Source: Clostridiales bacterium
GTDB lineage: Bacteria; Bacillota; Clostridia; Lachnospirales; Lachnospiraceae
Assembly: GCA_022778745.1 (NCBI GenBank)
Contig: JALFSR010000015.1
Coordinates: 18,665 to 82,664, forward strand
Direction of reading: 5' to 3'
DNA length: 64,000 nt
Part shown: one piece after another, positions 19,188 to 28,296 of the stretch
Layout of the letters: every line of letters begins with the position of its first letter
Numbering within the stretch: the stretch's first letter is position 1
The notes under the pieces: model-generated
Told to the model about the DNA's origin: nothing
What the model saw: only the letters and a program-made list of their open reading frames with translations
Database searches by the model: none
Made by a program: the position numbers and the translations under genes

Positions 19188-21197
19188 ATGCAGTGGAATG
19201 ATTCGGTAATGACAGTCAAAGGTGTTGGACCAAAAACAACATCTTTTCTAAAAAAATTAAATATTGAGACAATTGGTGATTTATTAGAGCATTATCCAGT
19301 CTCCTATGATTGTTATGAAGCACCTGTTACGGTGCATGAGTCGAATATTCTTGATTTTGCAGCAGTGCAGGGAATGATTGTCAATGTTCCTTTTGTCAGA
19401 CAGATGAATCGCAGGCAGATTGTGACGACACAGCTGCGTGATTGTAATGGAGATATGCTGCGTGTCGTATGGTTTCATATGCCTTTTCTGCGCGCAACGA
19501 TAAAGCCAGGAATGCAGTTTGTATTAAGAGGAAGACTGCATGGTTATGGTACATCGCGAATGATGGAACATCCGCAGATTTTTACGCTTGGAGCATACGA
19601 TGCATTGATTGGAACACGGCAGCCGATTTATGAACTGACAAGTGGAATTACGAGCAAGACGATTGGAAAAGCAGTTTCGCAAGTATGGAAGGATGGAATT
19701 ATATTAGAAGAGACATTGTCAAAAGAGCAGAGAGAGAGATGGAAACTAATGGATAAACAACAGGCGATTCATCAGATTCATTTTCCAGAAAGTGATTGTG
19801 CTGTTCAGAAAGCACGAGAGCGGCTTGTGTTTGAAGAGTTTTATACATTTCTCTTTGGAGTACGTCAGATGAGACGGCAGCTTGAGACAGAAAAAAATAT
19901 TTATGCGATTATAGAGCAGCCCGATGTATGGGAGCTAGTAAAAAAACTGCCGTATAAGCTTACAAATGCACAAAAACGAACATTTTTGGATATTTCTTTG
20001 GATATGATGGGAGATCATCGAATGAATCGTCTTGTACAAGGAGATGTTGGATCTGGAAAGACGATAGTAGCCTTTCTTGCATTGTATCAGACTGTACTTT
20101 GTCATTATCAAGGTGCAATGATGGCTCCAACAGAAGTACTTGCCACACAGCATTATGAATCGCTGCAGACAATGATTCAAACGTATCAGCTGCCAATTCG
20201 GGCAGTGCTTTTGACTGGCTCGATGACTGTGGCACAGAAGCGGCTTGTTTATCAACAGATTGAGAAGCATGAGGCAGATATTATTATTGGAACACATGCA
20301 CTGTTTCAGGAAAAGGTCATCTATCATGATCTTGCACTTGTCGTAACTGATGAGCAGCATAGATTTGGTGTGGAACAGCGAAAAATGCTCAGTGACAAAG
20401 GATTGGCGCCTCATATTTTAGTAATGAGTGCAACTCCGATTCCGCGAACACTTGCGATTATTATTTATGGAGATTTGGATATTTCAGTTATTGATGAGCT
20501 TCCTTCTAATCGTCTTCCAATTAAAAATTGTGCGGTTGATATTTCGTATCGCCCAAAGGCATATGAATTTTTAAAAAAGCAAATTGCGATGGGGCATCAG
20601 GCGTATGTGATTTGTCCAATGATTGAAGAAAGTGAGCAGATGGATGCAGAAAATGTAGTCGAATATACAAAAAAATTAAAAAAAGAGTTACCATCTACAA
20701 TTACAATTTCGTATTTACATGGAAAAATGACGAATCAGGAAAAAGACACTATTATGAAAGCTTTTGCGGCAAATCAAATTCAAATTCTTGTAGCTACGAC
20801 GGTTATTGAAGTTGGAATTGATGTGCCAAATGCCACTGTGATCGTAATTGAAAACGCCCAGCAGTTTGGTTTAGCCCAGCTGCATCAGCTTAGAGGACGA
20901 GTCGGACGTGGAGCTGCACAATCGTACTGTATTTTAATTAACACATCAGCAAGCAAAGAGAGCAAAAAACGGCTTGATATATTAAATCATTCTAATGATG
21001 GATTTTATATTGCATCACAAGATTTAAAATTAAGAGGCCCTGGGGATTTTTTTGGAGTGAGACAAAGTGGAATGCTGGAATTTAAGCTCGCCGATATTTA
21101 TCAAGATGCTGAGATTTTAAAACTGGCATCTGAGGCAGTAGACGAGGCGATAAGAGAAGGGCATATACTACAAGAGAAACAAGTAATGATACAATAA
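19188..21197 (+). CDS. recG: ATP-dependent DNA helicase RecG
   Basis: RLVQGDVGSGKT, DEQHRFGV, MSATPIPRT, LHQLRGRVGRG, DLKLRGPGD. Start moved to ATG 19188 after AAGGAG. Confidence 0.96.
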   Translation: MQWNDSVMTVKGVGPKTTSFLKKLNIETIGDLLEHYPVSYDCYEAPVTVHESNILDFAAVQGMIVNVPFVRQMNRRQIVTTQLRDCNGDMLRVVWFHMPFLRATIKPGMQFVLRGRLHGYGTSRMMEHPQIFTLGAYDALIGTRQPIYELTSGITSKTIGKAVSQVWKDGIILEETLSKEQRERWKLMDKQQAIHQIHFPESDCAVQKARERLVFEEFYTFLFGVRQMRRQLETEKNIYAIIEQPDVWELVKKLPYKLTNAQKRTFLDISLDMMGDHRMNRLVQGDVGSGKTIVAFLALYQTVLCHYQGAMMAPTEVLATQHYESLQTMIQTYQLPIRAVLLTGSMTVAQKRLVYQQIEKHEADIIIGTHALFQEKVIYHDLALVVTDEQHRFGVEQRKMLSDKGLAPHILVMSATPIPRTLAIIIYGDLDISVIDELPSNRLPIKNCAVDISYRPKAYEFLKKQIAMGHQAYVICPMIEESEQMDAENVVEYTKKLKKELPSTITISYLHGKMTNQEKDTIMKAFAANQIQILVATTVIEVGIDVPNATVIVIENAQQFGLAQLHQLRGRVGRGAAQSYCILINTSASKESKKRLDILNHSNDGFYIASQDLKLRGPGDFFGVRQSGMLEFKLADIYQDAEILKLASEAVDEAIREGHILQEKQVMIQ

Positions 21198-21254
21198 AAG
21201 AAACTCCTTAATCAAAAAGCTGTATGATACTTTTTGAATTTAAGAAGTTTCTTT
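21197..21254. terminator. Long bidirectional terminator hairpin between recG and the SASP gene
   Basis: AAAGAAACTccTTAAtCAAAAAG ... CTTTTTGaaTTTAAgaAGTTTCTTT imperfect stem between convergent genes. Confidence 0.65.
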
Positions 21255-21305
21255 CTCTTCCATTGGATATTCCTTATCTGGAGTATTTTGGAATCAATGT
21301 CTTAA

Positions 21306-21512
21306 TTATTTGTTTGCCATCTGTTTTTCTTGGTTTTCAATCATTTTCTTTACCATATAGCCGCCAACGCTGCCGTTCTGATATGATGTCAAATTACCGT
21401 TGTAACCGTCTGTTAACGGTACACCTAACTCATCTGCCACTTCCATTTTAAACTTATCAAGTGCTTCTTTTGCCTCTGGTACTGCTTTACGATTACTTCC
21501 ACTCTTAGACAT
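21306..21512 (-). CDS. Alpha/beta-type small acid-soluble spore protein
   Basis: VPEAKEALDKFKMEVADELGV...GNLTSYQNGSVGGYMVKKMI. Confidence 0.95.
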   Translation of the reverse strand: MSKSGSNRKAVPEAKEALDKFKMEVADELGVPLTDGYNGNLTSYQNGSVGGYMVKKMIENQEKQMANK

Positions 21513-21616
21513 ATGATTGTCCTCCTTTTTCGATCTTGTACTTAAATAGATATAAGGTTTACTCTAGTATAAGTTGTAACGTTGTTCTTTCATGAAAGAG
21601 TTGTTTGTTACACTCC

Positions 21617-21645
21617 TATTATGTGCATAGAGAAAAATAATACAC
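21617..21645 (-). promoter_or_regulatory. Putative sigma-G promoter of the SASP gene
   Basis: Minus strand GTGTA-17 bp-CATAATA; alpha/beta SASP genes are known sigma-G targets. Confidence 0.6.
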
Positions 21646-21706
21646 TGGAAAGTTTTGTATTTATATAAAAAATCATGTATTTTCATAACCTTTTTCTAAA
21701 ATCTAC

Positions 21707-21735
21707 TTGTCAGACCGTTGAAATAATACTATAAT
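21707..21735 (+). promoter_or_regulatory. Sigma-A promoter of rsmD-coaD
   Basis: TTGTCA-17 bp-TATAAT. Confidence 0.65.
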
Positions 21736-21768
21736 AGGGGCAAATGAAAAAATTTCTGGGGGAATCCT

Positions 21769-22317
21769 ATGAGAGTAATTGCCGGAAGAGCAAGAAGCCT
21801 TCCTTTAAAAACACCAGCAGGTATGGATACAAGACCAACTACAGATCGAATAAAGGAGACATTATTTAATATGCTTCAGTCAGGGCTATATGGATGTCAT
21901 TTTTTAGATTTGTATAGTGGCAGTGGGGCGATTGGTATTGAAGCACTGAGCCGGGGGGCAGAAAAAGTTGTGTTTGTAGAGCAGCAGAGCAAAGCACTTG
22001 CCTGTATTAGAGAAAATTTAGCATTTACCCATTTAGATGGAATTGTGATGGGTATGGCAGTAGAGGCAGCTTTGCCGAGATTGGAGGAGACAAAAGAAGT
22101 ATTTGATTATATTTTTATGGACCCTCCATACGGAAAAGAAGAAGAACGCAGAGTATTAGAATATTTGAGTCACTCTTCTTTAGTAGATGAAGATACTGTT
22201 ATTATCGTAGAAGCAGATTTGATGACAGATTTTTCCTACTTAGAAGAACTTGGTTTTTATATGAAAAAACAAAAGCGTTATAAGACAAACCAACATGTAT
22301 TTATAATGAAGGAGTAA
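21769..22317 (+). CDS. rsmD: 16S rRNA (G966) methyltransferase RsmD
   Basis: [45 protein letters not shown]. Confidence 0.95.
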   Translation: MRVIAGRARSLPLKTPAGMDTRPTTDRIKETLFNMLQSGLYGCHFLDLYSGSGAIGIEALSRGAEKVVFVEQQSKALACIRENLAFTHLDGIVMGMAVEAALPRLEETKEVFDYIFMDPPYGKEEERRVLEYLSHSSLVDEDTVIIVEADLMTDFSYLEELGFYMKKQKRYKTNQHVFIMKE

Positions 22318-22321
22318 AACA

Positions 22322-22801
22322 ATGACAAAAGCAATTTATCCAGGGAGCTTTGATCCAGTAACGCTAGGACATTTAGATATTATTCGCCGTGCAAGTCATG
22401 TTGCCGATCATTTGATTGTAGGTGTTTTGAATAATCAGTCCAAACGTCCATTGTTTACTGTGGAAGAGAGAGTTGAGATGCTTAGGGAAGTGACAAAAGA
22501 TATTCCTAATATAGAAGTGCTTTCATTTAGTGGATTATTAGTTGATTTTGCACATCAGACAGATGCACAGGTGATTGTCCGTGGACTTCGAGCGATTACT
22601 GATTTTGAGTATGAGCTGTTAATGTCACAAACAAACAGAAAGATAGCAGCGGATGTGGATACTGTATTTTTTACAACAAAGCTTGATTATGCATATTTGA
22701 GTTCCAGTACAGTAAAAGAGGTTGCTTCATTTGGCGGAGACATCAGTCAGTTTGTCACACCGTATATTGAACAGCGTATAAAGGAAAAATTAAATAAATA
22801 A
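22322..22801 (+). CDS. coaD: Pantetheine-phosphate adenylyltransferase
   Basis: [39 protein letters not shown]. Confidence 0.97.
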   Translation: MTKAIYPGSFDPVTLGHLDIIRRASHVADHLIVGVLNNQSKRPLFTVEERVEMLREVTKDIPNIEVLSFSGLLVDFAHQTDAQVIVRGLRAITDFEYELLMSQTNRKIAADVDTVFFTTKLDYAYLSSSTVKEVASFGGDISQFVTPYIEQRIKEKLNK

Positions 22802-22829
22802 TAGGATGATACATGAAGGAGAGGTTATT

Positions 22830-23405
22830 ATGAGTACAATTGAACAATTAATTGGTGAAATTGAAGAATTTATTGATGGATGTAAATTACAGCCATTCTC
22901 ATCTACAAAGATTATTGTTGATAAGGCACAATTAGAAGAATTATTAGTAGAGCTGCGTCACAGAACACCAGAAGAGATTAAGAAATATCAAAAATTATTA
23001 AGTAATAAAGAAGCGATTATCGCTGATGCAAAAGCACATGCGGATGCAATTATTTCTGCTGCGAATGTACAGACAAATGAACTGATCAATCAGCATGAAA
23101 TTATGCAGCGTGCTTACACAAAGGCAAATGAAATTGTAGCAGAAGCAACTGTGCAGGCAAGAGATATTGTTAATCATGCAAATATTGAAGCAGATAACAT
23201 TCGTACAGGAGCGATCAGCTACACTGATGAGATGTTAAACAGTTTGCAGTTAATTATCAGTCATACAATGGAAAATACACAAAGCAAGTTTGATTCCTTT
23301 ATGAGTTCCATGAAGTCTAGCTATGATATTATTATTGATAACCGAAGAGAACTTCAGGTGCCAGACCAATCAGATGAAAATAATGAGGAAATGCCTGAAA
23401 ATTAA
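22830..23405 (+). CDS. Conserved coiled-coil protein following coaD (ATP synthase b/DivIVA-like)
   Basis: IEQLIGEIEEFID...LPEE-like pattern and alanine-rich heptads. Confidence 0.75.
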   Translation: MSTIEQLIGEIEEFIDGCKLQPFSSTKIIVDKAQLEELLVELRHRTPEEIKKYQKLLSNKEAIIADAKAHADAIISAANVQTNELINQHEIMQRAYTKANEIVAEATVQARDIVNHANIEADNIRTGAISYTDEMLNSLQLIISHTMENTQSKFDSFMSSMKSSYDIIIDNRRELQVPDQSDENNEEMPEN

Positions 23406-23506
23406 TCGTAAAGAATCTGTCACTTTATAAAAATATTTATGGAGTGGCAGCTTTTCTGTTTATTTGCACAAAAGGTACAAAGCAGGCTGGAATGCCTGCA
23501 TTCTAT

Positions 23507-23555
23507 TTCATGTTTTGCGGGGGCAAAAAGACATGACCTTTTGACCCTGATATCA
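23507..23555 (-). repeat. Deleted or degenerate copy D of the 187-bp element (left terminus)
   Basis: catgttttgcggg...aaaaag(a)catgaccttttgaccctgatatca matches the terminal part of the copy at 59898-60084. Confidence 0.75.
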
Positions 23556-24473
23556 TGATATAAGAATATAAAAAATGAGTGCAGATAGGAGTCCATGAAG
23601 TATTTTCCATATTACACAAAGTTTTAGGGAAAGATTGCTTTCGTGCATGACATCCAATGTCTGCATTAATGTAGAAAATCCTCCAAACGATGCAAAACCA
23701 CACATGAGACTTCCTTGCATTCGTGTGGAAAGTGGAGTGAGACTGATCTGATGAATACCAGTTGTCATCTCAAGTATTCCAGCAATTATTGCCCGTAATG
23801 TGGATGGAATCCAAGGAATTGCTTGTACAAAAGAAGCTAATATTGAAAATAACATCATATAACATCCAACCTTGCATATGACAGCGACAGAAGAATGAAT
23901 TGCATGGTCAAGCATCTGGATGGAAAACGATGGTATGGAGATGCTTTGTGCAGACAATGAAAAAGAAGGATTACGGTGGATATGGATAAACCATGACAGT
24001 CCATTTAATAAAAAGATAGGAAGATAGACGGCAAGCAAGACATCGCTCCAATATTCATTTCCAAGATGCCCTGAGGCAATATAGCCACATAAAAACATAG
24101 GGCTTGGAAAACTGATAAATGCAAGCAGATAATCCCCCTCTGTATTATCCATACGTCCCATTTCAATATAATCAACACAAGTTTTCACGCCAACTGGATA
24201 ACCGCATAACATACCAATTAACATACAATAGCTTCCATTTGCACTAATATGAAAAATATAGCGAATCAATGGATGTACAATACGAGTAATATAAGTTGCT
24301 GCGCCAGTCTGTACTATTAAAGAAGATAGAATCATTGTTGGAAGCAATGTAGGTACGACTGATTGATACCATAATGCCAGCCCAAACGAAGCGCCAGCGA
24401 TGCTAATTGTTGAAAAACGTATAATAAAAAATAAAAAAACTAATAATAAGATTCGGATAATAAATTTTTTCAT
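23553..24473 (-). CDS. ylbJ: YlbJ-like sporulation integral membrane protein (nucleoside-recognition gate family)
   Basis: GLALWYQSVVPTLLP, GMLCGYPVG, SFPSPMF, GILEMTTGI, FGGFSTLMQT. Confidence 0.8.
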   Translation of the reverse strand: MKKFIIRILLLVFLFFIIRFSTISIAGASFGLALWYQSVVPTLLPTMILSSLIVQTGAATYITRIVHPLIRYIFHISANGSYCMLIGMLCGYPVGVKTCVDYIEMGRMDNTEGDYLLAFISFPSPMFLCGYIASGHLGNEYWSDVLLAVYLPIFLLNGLSWFIHIHRNPSFSLSAQSISIPSFSIQMLDHAIHSSVAVICKVGCYMMLFSILASFVQAIPWIPSTLRAIIAGILEMTTGIHQISLTPLSTRMQGSLMCGFASFGGFSTLMQTLDVMHESNLSLKLCVIWKILHGLLSALIFYILIS

Positions 24474-24647
24474 CAATGCTCCAAATATGGACTTATTGTA
24501 ATGTATTCAGAATATAAGACATCCATGACTAATTTTCCAAAGAACTAGCTTTTATTAAATGTGAGAATCAAGGATATAGCAATGAGTTATCTGATAAAAC
24601 AGCATAAATATTTATAAATATAAAATAAAAATAATTAGGAGGAACAA

Positions 24648-26105
24648 ATGAGAGAAGTGTGTAAAGGGTTAAAACCGGAATATGTATTTCGGTATTTTGA
24701 AGATATTTGCCGAATTCCACATGGTTCTGGTGATACAAAGGCAGTCAGCGACTATTGTGTTTATATAGCAAAACAATCAGGATTAAATTATACGCAGGAT
24801 GAATGGAATAATGTAATTATTCGAAAACCTGCAGCTTTCGGCTATGAAAATGCACCAGTTGTTATGCTGCAGGGGCATTTGGATATGGTAAATGAAAAAC
24901 TAAGTACAAGTAAACATGATTTTTCATGTGATCCATTGGACTTAATGATAGATGGAGATTGGCTTTGTGCAAATGGAACGACACTTGGAGGAGATGATGG
25001 CATTGCGGTTGCCTATATGTTGGCGATTTTAACGGATCCAGATTTAAAACATCCTGCCTTGGAATGTGTATTTACAGTAGATGAAGAAGTTGGATTAACT
25101 GGAGCAAAAATGATTGATTTATCCGAATGTAAAGCAAAGTATTTGATTAATCTTGATTCAGAGGAAGAAGGAATTTTCTTAGTAAGCTGTGCAGGAGGAG
25201 TAAGAGCAGATCTAACACTCCCGATACAAAGAAAAACAGTGACAGGAGAGGTAGTAGAGATTACATTGGATCACTTTATGGGAGGTCATTCTGGGGCAGA
25301 GATTCACAAAGAGCGTGCAAATGCTGATCAGCTTATGGGAAGAATATTGTTTGATGTCCTTCAGATGCAGGATGAAATGGCATTTTCTCTAATTGAATGC
25401 GAAGGCGGAACAAAGGATAATGCAATTCCAAGAACATGTTCCGCAAAGATTGTTTCTTGGCTGCCAAAAGAACAGTTAGAACAAAAGTTTTTGCAATGTT
25501 TTGCAGCTTATCAAAAGGAATACCAATTTACAGAAGAAAATATGAGTTTAGAAATTACTTGGAGAGGACAAGAAGAAGTTTCTGCTATGTCCACTCAATC
25601 TCAAGTGAAAGTATTGTTTTTGATTCGTATGGTACCAAATGGAGTAATTCATTGGAGCAAAGCGATTAAAGATTTAGTTGAGACATCATTGAATTTTGGT
25701 ATTCTAAAGACGGATTTTGATAATGTGACATTAGGATTTGCAATTAGAAGTTCTGTTGATACGAGAAAACGAGAATTAATGGAACAATTGAAATTTCTTA
25801 TCGAGTTTTTAGGTGGAAGTATTGAATTTTATGGGGATTATCCAGGATGGGAATATAATCCAGATTCTGTATTATCTGATCTTATGGTTCACGTATGGGA
25901 AGAAATGTATGGAGTAAAGCCAGAAATTCAGGCAATACATGCAGGATTAGAATGTGGACTGATTTCTGAGAAAATGCCAGAGCTTGATATTGTTTCTATG
26001 GGACCTCAAATGGAAGATATTCATACACCACAGGAACGTTTGAATATACCTTCAGTGGAGAAATGCTATAATTATATTATTAATGTGCTGCAAAAAATTA
26101 AGTAA
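24648..26105 (+). CDS. pepD: Aminoacyl-histidine dipeptidase (M20C)
   Basis: IPHGSG, LQGHLDMV, TTLGGDDGI, FTVDEEVG, GGHSG, IHAGLECG, IHTPQE. Confidence 0.93.
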   Translation: MREVCKGLKPEYVFRYFEDICRIPHGSGDTKAVSDYCVYIAKQSGLNYTQDEWNNVIIRKPAAFGYENAPVVMLQGHLDMVNEKLSTSKHDFSCDPLDLMIDGDWLCANGTTLGGDDGIAVAYMLAILTDPDLKHPALECVFTVDEEVGLTGAKMIDLSECKAKYLINLDSEEEGIFLVSCAGGVRADLTLPIQRKTVTGEVVEITLDHFMGGHSGAEIHKERANADQLMGRILFDVLQMQDEMAFSLIECEGGTKDNAIPRTCSAKIVSWLPKEQLEQKFLQCFAAYQKEYQFTEENMSLEITWRGQEEVSAMSTQSQVKVLFLIRMVPNGVIHWSKAIKDLVETSLNFGILKTDFDNVTLGFAIRSSVDTRKRELMEQLKFLIEFLGGSIEFYGDYPGWEYNPDSVLSDLMVHVWEEMYGVKPEIQAIHAGLECGLISEKMPELDIVSMGPQMEDIHTPQERLNIPSVEKCYNYIINVLQKIK

Positions 26106-26288
26106 TTAAGCAAAATAACGTTTGATTTAACAAAGAGAGGAAAAAAGAAAGGTAATAGCAAAGCAGACTTCAAATGGTTGCTTCACCTCTTGAAATAAAA
26201 GAAAAATGAAAAAATAAGTCTGAATTTTTTGAAAAAAATTCTTTTTATAAAAGAAAAAATAAAAAAATACAAAAAAATAAAAAAAATC

Positions 26289-26317
26289 TTGTATTTATAT
26301 AAAAAATCTGGTACAAT
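26289..26317 (+). promoter_or_regulatory. Sigma-A promoter of the BlaI-family gene
   Basis: TTGTAT-17 bp-TACAAT preceded by a long A-tract (UP-element-like). Confidence 0.55.
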
Positions 26318-26352
26318 CTGAATATAGAAAGGTCTATAAAGGAGAGGAAAAA

Positions 26353-26757
26353 ATGGAACAGAACAGATTAACAAAAATCAAAGATATGAAACGCTTAAGT
26401 GATTGCGAGATGCTCGTTATGAAGTGTATTTGGGATGCAGATAAGGATTTATCTGTATTAGAAATCAAGGATGCGTTAAAGGAAAAATATGGACGTGATT
26501 ATGAACGTACTACAATTTGTACATTTGGTACACGTTTAAAAGAAAAAGGATTTGTAGAAACTTACCGTAAGGGTCATGGTTTCCGTTACCATCCATTAGT
26601 AAGTAAGATTGATATGCGTGATTTCCTGTTACAGGAGATGATGGAATTCTGGTATGAAGGGTCTGCAGTAAACTTCATGAACGCTTTCTGTAATAATGTG
26701 GAGTTGACTGCAGACGAAGCAGAGGAAATTGTAAGCTTAATTAAAAAAGCTAAATAA
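26353..26757 (+). CDS. BlaI/MecI/CopY family transcriptional regulator
   Basis: RLSDCEMLVMKCIW, YERTTICTFGTRLKEKGFV, YHPLVS, FMNAFC...LTADE. Confidence 0.88.
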   Translation: MEQNRLTKIKDMKRLSDCEMLVMKCIWDADKDLSVLEIKDALKEKYGRDYERTTICTFGTRLKEKGFVETYRKGHGFRYHPLVSKIDMRDFLLQEMMEFWYEGSAVNFMNAFCNNVELTADEAEEIVSLIKKAK

Positions 26758-26767
26758 TTATTTTACA

Positions 26768-26794
26768 GGAAAAGTTGTTTTGTGCAGCTTTTCC
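26768..26794 (+). terminator. Terminator hairpin after the BlaI-family gene
   Basis: GGAAAAGTTG/CAGCTTTTCC stem with a 7-nt loop. Confidence 0.55.
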
Positions 26795-26936
26795 AAAAAG
26801 GCAATGAATAGACAGATCTTTTTATAATAATAAATCAGACAAAAAATTGCGTATTGATGAATAGTCAAAGGCATAAGTTTTTGTCTGATTTTTTTATTTC
26901 TCCTACTCAATTATAAAAAATTATGGTATAATAAAA

Positions 26937-27123
26937 TGATAGCAGGGTCAAAAGGTCATGCGTTTCATGTTTGCATGAAAAAGCATGACCTTTTGGAACC
27001 CGCAAAACATGAGAAAGTAGCCCATTAGGGTGAATTTCGAATGTTTCTAGGATTGCGAGGACACATAGTGCGGAGCAATCCGTAGGTATCATGGGGTCAA
27101 ACTATCTTTTGACCCCAACATCA
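26937..27123 (+). mobile_element. 187-bp MITE-like non-autonomous element, copy A
   Basis: Ends TGATAGCAGGGTCAAAAG...CTTTTGACCCCAACATCA (18-bp imperfect TIR); flanked by TAAAA on both sides; about 95 percent identical by hand alignment to the reverse complement of 59898-60084. Confidence 0.75.
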
Positions 27124-27229
27124 TAAAATACCAGAACCCAAAATTATAGTTTTTTATGCTTATATAGAAAACTACGATTTTAGGATCTGTAAGTACTATG
27201 GATTAAAAAGATAGAGGAGCATTAAGATT

Positions 27230-27943
27230 ATGAAAAGACAGGAGTTTGCAGAGGGGATTCGTGATGGAGTTCCTATTTGTCTGGGGTATCTTTCCGTTTC
27301 GTTTGCATATGGAATGATGGCGGTAAATAGTGGGATGCCAATTTGGTCTACTGTGTTGATTTCTCTTTCCAATCTGACAAGTGCAGGACAGTTTGCGGGA
27401 ACGAATCTGATTCTTGCAGGAGGTACGTATTTGGAAATTGCAATGACAACATTTATCATTAACATTCGATATTTTTTAATGTCATTGACGATGTCCCAAA
27501 AGATTGATTCATCTATGACAATGCTGCAGCGATTTGGAATTTCGTTTGGAATTACAGATGAAATATTTGCAGTGTCGATGCAGCATCCAAGAGATTTGAC
27601 AGCCCCCTATATGGCAGGATTGATTTTAACGCCAGTAATTGGATGGACGATGGGAACATTTTTTGGAGGTATTTTGACATCTCTCATGCCCAAAATGTTT
27701 TCCAATGCATTAAATATTGCATTATACGGCATGTTTATTGCCATTATTGTTCCTCCAGCTAGGGAACAAAAGGCAGTCTTATTCACAGTTGTATTAGCAA
27801 TTGTAATGAGCGTGGCATTTACATATCTGCCAGTATTATCCCTGTTATCAGGCGGCTGGGGAATTATTATTATTACAGTTATTGTCAGTGCAATCGCAGC
27901 ATGGTTTTTTCCAGCAGATGACAAACAGGAGGAAAGATGTTAA
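27230..27943 (+). CDS. azlC: AzlC family branched-chain amino acid exporter permease
   Basis: GVPICLGYLSVSFAYG, SAGQFAG, NIRYFLMS, FGITDEIFA, ALYGMFIAI. Confidence 0.92.
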   Translation: MKRQEFAEGIRDGVPICLGYLSVSFAYGMMAVNSGMPIWSTVLISLSNLTSAGQFAGTNLILAGGTYLEIAMTTFIINIRYFLMSLTMSQKIDSSMTMLQRFGISFGITDEIFAVSMQHPRDLTAPYMAGLILTPVIGWTMGTFFGGILTSLMPKMFSNALNIALYGMFIAIIVPPAREQKAVLFTVVLAIVMSVAFTYLPVLSLLSGGWGIIIITVIVSAIAAWFFPADDKQEERC

Positions 27944-28251
27944 GTGTTTCATATAGTTTAACAAGTATTGCTGTTATGGCAATTATGACATATTTGATCC
28001 GAGTTCTTCCGATGGCAATTTTTCGTAAAAAAATCGAAAGACCGTTTATTCGTTCTTTTTTAAATTATGTGCCATATTCAGTATTGGCAGCGATGACATT
28101 TCCAGCAATTTTTTCATGTACTGGTTCTACAGCTAGTGCGTGGGGAGGATGTATTGTAGCAGTGCTACTGGCATATTGGAAGCGTGGATTATTAACAGTA
28201 GCAGTAGGAGCTTCTGCTGCAGTTTTTCTCATACAGTTGATTGGGTTCTAG
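27937..28251 (+). CDS. azlD: AzlD family small membrane subunit
   Basis: MAIMTYLIRVLP, FLNYVPYSVLAAMTFP; overlaps the azlC end. Confidence 0.9.
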   Translation: MLSVSYSLTSIAVMAIMTYLIRVLPMAIFRKKIERPFIRSFLNYVPYSVLAAMTFPAIFSCTGSTASAWGGCIVAVLLAYWKRGLLTVAVGASAAVFLIQLIGF

Positions 28252-28296
28252 GTATAGAAAGAAAAAATAGTGAAAAGATAAAAGGAGAAAGTCAAG

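Noticed and set aside
26200-26290. A-rich quasi-repeats upstream of the BlaI gene as a tandem repeat
   Set aside because: Irregular homopolymer tracts consistent with an UP element; no defined repeat unit.
26907-27092. 61-aa ORF MIPTDCSALC... (and a 52-aa equivalent starting at 59929)
   Set aside because: It is read through the non-coding repeat; the two copies go out of frame with each other through indels, which argues against protein-level selection.
26937-27229. Riboswitch or T-box controlling azlCD
   Set aside because: The structured sequence also occurs in the opposite orientation at 59898-60084 before an unrelated gene, and no known aptamer motif was recognised.
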